Source: a virus. Taken from it: a DNA stretch of 64,000 nucleotides. Every line of letters starts with the position of its first letter. Position 1 is the first letter of the stretch. The position numbers and the translations under genes were made by a program. Of this stretch, positions 57,083 to 64,000 are shown piece by piece. The stretch spans positions 8,158 through 72,157 of IMG/VR virus record IMGVR_UViG_3300010157_000059; one strand, written 5' to 3'. The notes below the pieces were generated by a model, which was not told the DNA's origin, ran no database searches, and saw only the letters and a program-made list of their open reading frames with translations.

Positions 57083-57550
57083 TTATTTATTTGGTTGAGA
57101 CTCTAGCAACAGAGTTGCTTTAAGCGAATCCCTCCAAACACTTGCTGCATTGTCGTTTGTAATGCAAAAAGTAAATAGTTTGCACAACGATGGGAGGTCG
57201 TCGATACAACTCACGTACTTTTTAGCACTATCTATTGCGTCTTTAACTAAGGAAATTTTGTCGTCGTAAAGTGCTACTCCTGCAAGTAGTGTAAGCATGG
57301 CAACTTTTATATCTTCGTCTTGGTAAGATAAATAATTTTTATTAACAGTCCACCATGCTATGAAATCATTGGGGTCAAGATTTTCATTTACTAAAGCTAA
57401 GAAGTATTGGTCCCGTCCTTTTACGGTACGTAGGTTTGATACTATTTGATCAAAGGAATAATCGTAAATACCTTTATGTATGGTGTTGACTACAAAATGT
57501 GTTGCTACTTCAGCAAGTTCTTTTGCAGTCTTCTCTGTTGTTTCTTCCAT
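57083..57550 (-). CDS. hypothetical protein
   Basis: AGGAG RBS before ATG 57550. Confidence 0.6.
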   Translation of the reverse strand: MEETTEKTAKELAEVATHFVVNTIHKGIYDYSFDQIVSNLRTVKGRDQYFLALVNENLDPNDFIAWWTVNKNYLSYQDEDIKVAMLTLLAGVALYDDKISLVKDAIDSAKKYVSCIDDLPSLCKLFTFCITNDNAASVWRDSLKATLLLESQPNK

Positions 57551-57558
57551 GTTATCTC

Positions 57559-57747
57559 CTAACAATTAGCCATAAGAATGTCATTCATATTTTCATGAAG
57601 CCATTCTTCTGGGCTGGTTAAGTCTAAAACTTCTAGACCTGCGTCACCTGAGGGGGATAGTTCTTCTACCTTAGCAATGAAGCTAACAGCATCCTCATAC
57701 GTGTCAAAAGGACCAATCTCATTGTCCGTGTTTGTAACTACGTACAT
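57559..57747 (-). CDS. hypothetical protein (IGPFDTYEDA motif)
   Basis: AAGGAG RBS. Confidence 0.6.
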   Translation of the reverse strand: MYVVTNTDNEIGPFDTYEDAVSFIAKVEELSPSGDAGLEVLDLTSPEEWLHENMNDILMANC

Positions 57748-57756
57748 AGTTTCTCC

Positions 57757-58464
57757 TTATATTTCTATGTAATTTCCATCAGCATCAATGCCAATGTCTT
57801 CTCCATTTGACCACACACGGCCACGTTTCTTATTACCGTAATCAACCTTGCCAGTACCGTTGCAACGGTAACAATCGTAACGATCTTTGTAAGCCATATG
57901 TTGATTAGATTTACCATGATTGCAAGTACCATGGCTGTGTGATAGCCTACGGGCTTTTTCATACAAGTCCATACGGGAGGCGTCCCTAAAACTTAAGGCG
58001 TAAGCCTGCTCCAGGTAACCCCTTGCTTTTGCATACACAGGGCAAATCATGTCGGTACAACTGCTTGGGCCAGGGCAATTACGTGCAAAATTACCTACTC
58101 CTTTGCAGGTACGACAACTACCAATTTTACTAGGTGTACACCCATCAGTTGGTAAGCTAATAATTAGGCTGCCTTTGCGTATCACCATGGTTAAGTTATT
58201 GACATACTCCATGTAAATGCGACGAACTGATTGGTACCTTGCACCATAATGTAGAATAGTAACGCCGTCTGAACGATAAGTTATAGCTCGGTTATTGCTA
58301 CTGCTAAACCCCCACCATTTAAGCACAACACTAATTTCTGTAGGCGATGTGCGTACTAACCTAACGCCAGGTTCGTACAGCGTACGTTCATTTTTATCTT
58401 TTGTTCGAGCACCTTGTAGCCAGCGTTCTGCTGAGCTATAGTCTCTAACACGTGCACGGTTCAT
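57757..58464 (-). CDS. hypothetical protein with DnaJ-type CxxCxGxG motifs
   Basis: CRTCKGVG...CYRCNGTG; AAGGAG RBS. Confidence 0.65.
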   Translation of the reverse strand: MNRARVRDYSSAERWLQGARTKDKNERTLYEPGVRLVRTSPTEISVVLKWWGFSSSNNRAITYRSDGVTILHYGARYQSVRRIYMEYVNNLTMVIRKGSLIISLPTDGCTPSKIGSCRTCKGVGNFARNCPGPSSCTDMICPVYAKARGYLEQAYALSFRDASRMDLYEKARRLSHSHGTCNHGKSNQHMAYKDRYDCYRCNGTGKVDYGNKKRGRVWSNGEDIGIDADGNYIEI

Positions 58465-58522
58465 TTGTTTCTCCTTGTTTATGTTGGACGGGCGCTGTTA
58501 CACGCCCGCCCAACGATATATA

Positions 58523-60469
58523 TTAACGACGCAGTGATTTCTTGATTGTGTTAGTCACTACTTGCTTGGCAAACGGTAGTAAGTCTGCAGCAGTTTCTAC
58601 AACACCACGAACAGAACATTCATGGAACATATCTTGACTGGTCCTTTCGTAATGCTCTTTGTAGTACTGTAGCTCAGACGGTGTAGCAATCAAGATCATT
58701 GCTGTGAGTACCCCCATAGAGTTGAGACGTTGGATAATCTCATCATTGCCCGCATGGTTGAACTGACCGTCTGTGACCAAGAACAAGATCTTAGACTTAG
58801 CACGGCTGGATTTGAGCAACCGCTCAGCACCAACTAATGCTGTCTTAGGATCAGTACCACCATTGCCAAAGATGAATGGCAAGTTGAGCTTGTCTACCTT
58901 TTGGGCACGATCAGCTACAAGCTCTGCCCTCTCATCGAATGAGTAGATAGTCACTGGGGCTTTGATTTGCTCCATAGCACGCTTGATAACGTATGATGCT
59001 TCGGAAGCACGCATGTCGTTATTGTTGCTACTCATAGAGCCGGAACGGTCAATAAGCATTACTGCTTCAATGTCTGTCCCATCAACCCCCTCTTCCCAAC
59101 GGTCAAAGGCTTCAGCAATCTCGCAACCCTTGATGATGCGCTGCACATTAATGCGACCGGCTGGCATTTCACGTTGCCACACTGGCTCGCACTCTTGCTT
59201 GAGACGCTCTAGCTCACGAGCAAAGCGACGAGCAGACATGATTACATTAGCTGGGGCAGGTATTGAATCGTACTTGCCGCGCTTGATGTTGTCATCATGC
59301 TTACCGTCGCCACCAATGATCACGCGTTGCTTGGTTTTGATGTCAGTTTGTACGTCCTTACGATCGTAGATACTGTCTTCAATATCCTGCATGATTTTTG
59401 CTAGGTTGTCTGGGATGCCACCAAGGCTTGGGGCATGCCCCGTACCAATGTCAGGTGATGATTCTAGATTGCTGTTGCGAGCATCTAACGCTTCTTGAAC
59501 CGTAGTAGGCGGTTTGAAGTTGTTGTTTGCTCCAGGCGCCATTTCATCACCATCAAGAGCATTGCCGTCTACGTTGTTTACTTTGGGGTCATCTTCGTTA
59601 CCCTCACTAACTTCTTGGGGCTTGTAGATGAACTCAGGCTCAGGATTACCCTGACCCTTGGCACGGTCTGAGTCACGCTGCTGGGCTTTGCTAGGCTCTG
59701 GCCTACCCAGTTTTGTAGGCATCCTATCCCCACAGCCTGATGGGCCGCCATCAGCTGGTGGTGGGGAATTAGGTAGGTCCATCTTATCTAGCACTTCCTC
59801 CTTAAAGCGCTTGATAAGTTCTTGAGCACGTGCGTAATCTTTGGAGAAGTGAAGAGTACGATACTCATCGATGATCTCCGCTGCTACTGGGATCAGACTA
59901 GGCATAAAGAACTGATCCCGGAATGCGATACGTAACTCAAGAGGTAAGTATTGGCGACCACGAATTGCTATGTAGTTCGACGCTACTTTTTCTGGGCTAT
60001 CCGCTAACCAACGAAGGATTGTCTTCGTTAGATACGGAACAATAGCAGGATACCGAGCAGTGAACAATGTCTCAATGCGCTGGTCTTCTAGCACATTAGC
60101 GGCACTGATGTAACCGCCGTAGATATTATCATTTTCGATAATCCATTGCATAATCGATGTACCCTTGCGAGGTGAATACAAGTGATGAGCAAGCTCATGG
60201 TAGTTAAGCCCATTAATCTGCACCAATTCCTCAAGATCAAAGAACTCAATCTCAGACTTGTTGATGTAGATATCTGAACCGTCAGACCATGCCGGTGCTT
60301 GACCATCGTTGACTACGTGTACTTGGATTGGATCCTGAGTAAGCACGCGGTCAGTCTGCTCGTAGACACGACACAATGAGCCTAAACGAACTGCTAGCTC
60401 TTGTGCATCTGCATCAGTGCTAGGTTTGGGCGCATAGTAGTTTCCACTACCTAAATTGTCTTGGTAGAT
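58523..60469 (-). CDS. vWA-domain protein with N-terminal HExxH domain (CobT-like MoxR partner)
   Basis: YHELAH, NVLEDQRIE; MIDAS DRSGSM...GGT...VTDG; true start uncertain (TTG 60376 or ATC 60469). Confidence 0.8.
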   Translation of the reverse strand: MYQDNLGSGNYYAPKPSTDADAQELAVRLGSLCRVYEQTDRVLTQDPIQVHVVNDGQAPAWSDGSDIYINKSEIEFFDLEELVQINGLNYHELAHHLYSPRKGTSIMQWIIENDNIYGGYISAANVLEDQRIETLFTARYPAIVPYLTKTILRWLADSPEKVASNYIAIRGRQYLPLELRIAFRDQFFMPSLIPVAAEIIDEYRTLHFSKDYARAQELIKRFKEEVLDKMDLPNSPPPADGGPSGCGDRMPTKLGRPEPSKAQQRDSDRAKGQGNPEPEFIYKPQEVSEGNEDDPKVNNVDGNALDGDEMAPGANNNFKPPTTVQEALDARNSNLESSPDIGTGHAPSLGGIPDNLAKIMQDIEDSIYDRKDVQTDIKTKQRVIIGGDGKHDDNIKRGKYDSIPAPANVIMSARRFARELERLKQECEPVWQREMPAGRINVQRIIKGCEIAEAFDRWEEGVDGTDIEAVMLIDRSGSMSSNNNDMRASEASYVIKRAMEQIKAPVTIYSFDERAELVADRAQKVDKLNLPFIFGNGGTDPKTALVGAERLLKSSRAKSKILFLVTDGQFNHAGNDEIIQRLNSMGVLTAMILIATPSELQYYKEHYERTSQDMFHECSVRGVVETAADLLPFAKQVVTNTIKKSLRR

Positions 60470-60504
60470 GTCGTTACCTTCTCTCTGTACTAACTAATGG
60501 ATAG

Positions 60505-61959
60505 TTAGATGTTTACAATCACTGGGTTAGTGACTGCATTTGGTTGCTGAAGAACTGGGGGGATGAACTGTCCCGCACCCTCTTCACGCTCCGCATTGAC
60601 ATTGGTAATGTCTTCAGCGGTTGTTTGTGTTGGCTTGATTTCGATACCGAAGTCAGGCTTGAGGTTGTACTCGTGAGTCTGGAACACGAGACGAACTGAC
60701 GGCTGCTCTTCATTCGCAAAGTGAGCGACGAAGTTCTCAACCGCAAAGTCGTAACCGAGTCCCTGTACAAGTTCACCAAACTCAATCAACATGTTGGTTG
60801 AGATGGGTGTCTCGTACTGGCCCTTGTCTGCTTCAGTGCGCAACTGCTTGGCAAGTACCAAGAGGTTCTTGGACTTGACTAGCTTGGACTCTACCTTTTC
60901 GTCGTAGTCCCAAGGGATCTGCATGTCGAAACGGTTACGGAACGCAGCATTGAGTTGACCGGTACCGATGTAGTCTGGATTCATTGTGGCAAAGATAGTG
61001 AGGTCTGGATGAGCCTCAATAACTTCACCGTGGTGATCAAGCAGCGAGATGATACGCTGGCTGGTCAACAATGGATACAGCACGGTGTAGATCTTAGGTG
61101 AGATGAAGTTGACCTCATCAAGGTTAAGAACACCGCCGTTACGAACAACGTCAGTCACTGGACCATCGACCCAGGCGAAGCTGCCGTGACCATCTGGCAC
61201 AAGACGACCGAACAAGTGGCTAGGCTCAAGAGCAGCGTTACCTGATACCTGAGCCAAGCGCAGGCTACGTGCAGCACACCATGCTTCGATTGATGTAGTC
61301 TTACCAGGACCGGTAGGACCATAGATCAACACGTTGAGGTGATTGGCACGAGCGTAATCGTAAGCCTTGTAATCCTCAACGCCGCCGGCTAGGTCACGAT
61401 GGACATAGCGGTCATCCAATTCCTTGCGGGGGATGGATGCAAGCGCTGCATGGATGACAGGTGCTTCAAACTGCTCAACCTGTGCTTCGGTAGTTACTTG
61501 GGTAACAGGTGCAGGCTGTGGTGCAGCAGGAGCAACAAAGGTTGTTACTTCCTTACGGCGGTCAATAATCATGTTGGCTAGGTTATCATCGTTATTGATG
61601 ATAGCTTCGTACAACTTAAAGACACGCTGAACAGAATCATCCGTAGTTGTGGATGAGTTACCGTGCGCAGCAACTGACTTGGTACCGAGAACAGGTGAGT
61701 ACCCAAGCTCACGAATCTGACGTTCATCAGACACGGTAACTTGAATGCCTACTGGCTCAGCAGTTAGCTTTTCGTTAGCATAGAAGTCATCGCCCAGTGC
61801 TTCGATGTTGGTTTCGAGCCACTTGTTGTGTGGACCTTTAGCACCATCGGTTACACGAGAGTACACGCGAACGGTACCATCGATTGGCACGAGCATTACT
61901 TGGCGACGATGGTTGCCCATAGTAGCGTCGTATGACTCTGTGAATACGGAAATTGCCAT
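60505..61959 (-). CDS. MoxR/CobS-like AAA+ ATPase
   Basis: GPTGPGKT, LNLDEVN, ATMNP.Y.GT..LN.AF.NRF. Confidence 0.9.
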   Translation of the reverse strand: MAISVFTESYDATMGNHRRQVMLVPIDGTVRVYSRVTDGAKGPHNKWLETNIEALGDDFYANEKLTAEPVGIQVTVSDERQIRELGYSPVLGTKSVAAHGNSSTTTDDSVQRVFKLYEAIINNDDNLANMIIDRRKEVTTFVAPAAPQPAPVTQVTTEAQVEQFEAPVIHAALASIPRKELDDRYVHRDLAGGVEDYKAYDYARANHLNVLIYGPTGPGKTTSIEAWCAARSLRLAQVSGNAALEPSHLFGRLVPDGHGSFAWVDGPVTDVVRNGGVLNLDEVNFISPKIYTVLYPLLTSQRIISLLDHHGEVIEAHPDLTIFATMNPDYIGTGQLNAAFRNRFDMQIPWDYDEKVESKLVKSKNLLVLAKQLRTEADKGQYETPISTNMLIEFGELVQGLGYDFAVENFVAHFANEEQPSVRLVFQTHEYNLKPDFGIEIKPTQTTAEDITNVNAEREEGAGQFIPPVLQQPNAVTNPVIVNI

Positions 61960-62008
61960 AGTTAGTATCTCTTTTCTCTTTTTTTGTTATAGTTACATTA
62001 ATGTGTAA

Positions 62009-62224
62009 CTAGTCTTCAATCCCGAACGAGTCGGGGTCTATTGCTGCATTTATCATTACAAATGCCTGCTGATAAGCAATCATCCTTTCTTTAGACCAAT
62101 TCGTTATTGCGTCAAACAGAGAGCAATTTAACTCAATGTTTTCCATGACAGCAGTCGAGAACGCCGCATAAGCTTCTATTTCTTCCTCATCCGGAGGTTC
62201 GAATTGCTGACGGTCTATGAACAT
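62009..62224 (-). CDS. hypothetical protein
   Basis: AAGGAG RBS. Confidence 0.6.
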   Translation of the reverse strand: MFIDRQQFEPPDEEEIEAYAAFSTAVMENIELNCSLFDAITNWSKERMIAYQQAFVMINAAIDPDSFGIED

Positions 62225-62248
62225 ATTTGCTCCTTGCTTTAGGGGATG

Positions 62249-62293
62249 AAAAAGTCTCGCTGTGATTGATTTTCAGCAACCACAGCGAGACTT
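62249..62293 (-). terminator. intrinsic terminator
   Basis: AAGTCTCGCTGTGGTTG / CAATCACAGCGAGACTT followed by a T-run on the minus strand. Confidence 0.75.
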
Positions 62294-62438
62294 AATAACT
62301 AACTACTCACGAATAATGCGTTAACTTCCGAGTCCTCACCGGAGCAGGCCCAGTTGTAAAAAGTTATTACAGAGCTTGGCACCTCTACCGTTCTATACCC
62401 TCTTTCAGTGATACTTTATGATTGCCTGTTAGTTATTA
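62293..62438 (-). ncRNA. candidate structured RNA/leader closed by an 11-bp stem
   Basis: TAATAACTAAC (62293-62303) / GTTAGTTATTA (62428-62438); no convincing ORF inside. Confidence 0.45.
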
Positions 62439-62473
62439 TCCTTTCGGTTGAGCCGCAGCTAACCTAGGGAATG

Positions 62474-62767
62474 TTATTGTTGTTTATGTTGGAGCCTTGG
62501 TGATCTACGCAATAATGGTGCTGAATCGTATTCTTCAGGCCACTCATCTAAATGTATTCCACGATCAGCTAGATACGCAAGCAGTTCTTTGGTAGCAACG
62601 TATGCATCTACTGCTGGGTTGAGTAACTGAGCCCACAAGGGATTGCCTCCCTCACTACCTCCCTCTTCAAACCACAAACGTATCCGATCGTACGGTGATA
62701 CGTTTGTGAGTCTTGGTTCCTCGTCTTCATCAAATGAATCCCATTGCATATCCTCTGGAATGAGCAT
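62474..62767 (-). CDS. hypothetical protein
   Basis: AAGGAG RBS. Confidence 0.6.
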   Translation of the reverse strand: MLIPEDMQWDSFDEDEEPRLTNVSPYDRIRLWFEEGGSEGGNPLWAQLLNPAVDAYVATKELLAYLADRGIHLDEWPEEYDSAPLLRRSPRLQHKQQ

Positions 62768-62787
62768 TGATGTTTCTCCTTAAGGTA

Positions 62788-63102
62788 TTAGTCGCAAAAA
62801 TCTAATGCGAATTCTGGCTCTTGTAACTCTAAGCGTGCGTGCACTATGTTAGCTACGCCGGTCTCTTCATATGGCATGAAACGATATGAGAGCGCATCTC
62901 CACGCTTGATGATTGCGTACTGAGGCACATCTTTATCACTGATTAATGAGAGTGCAGCACGTAAGCCTGTTGCTGAACCACGATGGTAATCAGACAAATC
63001 AAGGTCTGCATCTTCTATTTCAGCAAGGTCAGCAAGTTCAATCATCTTAACTAGGTCATTGATGAGTCGTTTGACTTTCTTTTTCTTTATTTTCTTAGGC
63101 AT
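62788..63102 (-). CDS. hypothetical protein
   Basis: AGGAG RBS; Lys-rich N-terminus. Confidence 0.6.
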   Translation of the reverse strand: MPKKIKKKKVKRLINDLVKMIELADLAEIEDADLDLSDYHRGSATGLRAALSLISDKDVPQYAIIKRGDALSYRFMPYEETGVANIVHARLELQEPEFALDFCD

Positions 63103-63607
63103 TGTTATCTTCTCCTATAGTGTTGAGATCATGACCTTCTTTAGGGCAGCAGTCTTCAGTGTCCTCACACATGTAAGACCCCATTTTGGAACCTCGCACC
63201 CACAAGATGTCTCTATACATAGGCGTACAACCTGTTGGTGGAAGTATGAAATTGAGCCTGGACTGCACGTCTTCAAGTGTAAATTCTTCAGGATAATTAG
63301 CGAAGATTACAACAGTTTCTTTATTGTCTACCGCCATTTCTAAGTATTCTTTAGGAAACATGTGATTACCTGTGTACCAAAATACTTTTTGTAGCCTGCC
63401 TCCTGAGCTTGTGTCTACTACTGCAATGCACACGGCACGTTGGCTAAACTCCGCATGGCTTTGCAACTCTTTAGTTAGAAATACAGGGCCTTCTATATAT
63501 GGAGACATACCAATTGCGGTGTAATCTACTATACGTTCAGTACCAAGTACTATTTCTTTTGCTTCCTCAGCAGTAACTGAGGTAACCCCTGGGCTTATTT
63601 CTTCCAT
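63095..63607 (-). CDS. hypothetical protein (C-terminal SYMC.....CCP..G)
   Basis: AAAGG RBS; 170 aa. Confidence 0.6.
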   Translation of the reverse strand: MEEISPGVTSVTAEEAKEIVLGTERIVDYTAIGMSPYIEGPVFLTKELQSHAEFSQRAVCIAVVDTSSGGRLQKVFWYTGNHMFPKEYLEMAVDNKETVVIFANYPEEFTLEDVQSRLNFILPPTGCTPMYRDILWVRGSKMGSYMCEDTEDCCPKEGHDLNTIGEDNNA

Positions 63608-63639
63608 TTACTTGCCTTTCTATTTACATAGATTAATGA

Positions 63640-63940
63640 AGAGAGAAGAGAGATTTATTTATTCAAGTGCGTTACCGAAATGATTGTCTGTTAACTGTCT
63701 GATTAACAATACGATGCATAGCCTATAGTTTGTTGTCCCGCAGGAAACTAACTATTACTACACGAATCCATACCTACAGCTTCCTCATCGACCACCTGAA
63801 GACTAGTACTAAGGGACAGTAATTGGTACAATAGTATTTACTGTTTTCTACATTGCTTACTCTGAACGCCTATTGGATTCTTCAGTTTTCCTATCATTTA
63901 GTTTGCATTGGGCACTGATAATGTAATCTCTCTTCTCTCT
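63640..63940 (-). ncRNA. candidate ~300-nt highly structured ncRNA
   Basis: 16-bp perfect terminal inverted repeat plus several nested helices; no sizeable ORF. Confidence 0.55.
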
Positions 63941-64000
63941 TTCCCTCCTGATGATGGTCAGGCTGCGAGTGGCTGGTCTGGCAATGTTTATGTTGGACCA

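Noticed and set aside
62293-62438. Cobalamin, SAM-I or lysine riboswitch assignment
   Set aside because: Only short fragments match; the B12 box, the SAM-I GCAACC and the lysine-length architecture are missing
63640-63940. RNase P RNA or tmRNA
   Set aside because: No GAGGAAAGUCC/P4 partner and no tRNA-Ala-like ends
63948-64000. CTGATGA followed by a hairpin, resembling a hammerhead core
   Set aside because: No GAAA after the stem and no matching stems I/III within the window
1-64000. Alternative genetic code, and the many antisense or nested ORFs in the track
   Set aside because: Genes end normally at TAA, TAG and TGA with tight packing; the shadow ORFs overlap well-supported genes and lack RBS or motifs

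Overview
This window is a 64-kb internal segment of a large contractile-tailed (myovirus-type) phage genome. The host is most likely an actinobacterium: the window encodes two WhiB-family regulators and an MSMEG_6728-like glycosylase. By eye it is AT-rich for an actinophage, which suggests a low-GC freshwater host; this is inference. Plus strand: neck/tail/baseplate genes (1-20.8 kb: sheath, tube, tail assembly chaperone, tape measure with two peptidoglycan hydrolase domains, LysM, hub, spike, gp25-like, baseplate J-like, wedge). Next comes replication/recombination (20.8-38 kb: HTH initiator, DnaC-like loader, DnaB, primase, SNF2 helicase, SSB, PolA, RecA, resolvases, Cas4-like nuclease, dNMP kinase). 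Then follow SpoVS-like and metallophosphoesterase genes, a degenerate tRNA-like element, about 9.5 kb of Cys/His-rich orphan ORFs, a nucleotidyltransferase/HAD/TGT-fold triad and a class II RNR. Minus strand (54.8-64 kb): presumed early genes (DenV-like glycosylase, HicA-like, tRNA-Arg(UCU), vWA plus MoxR-type AAA+). The most notable unexplained features are three non-coding, end-paired structured RNA candidates in the minus-strand region (about 300, 145 and 78 nt), a prfB-like CUU-UAA +1 frameshift candidate in the tail chaperone, several unannotated Zn-binding microproteins and a repeated operator-like palindrome near nrdJ. All calls come from reading motifs by eye; no database searches or folding software were run.
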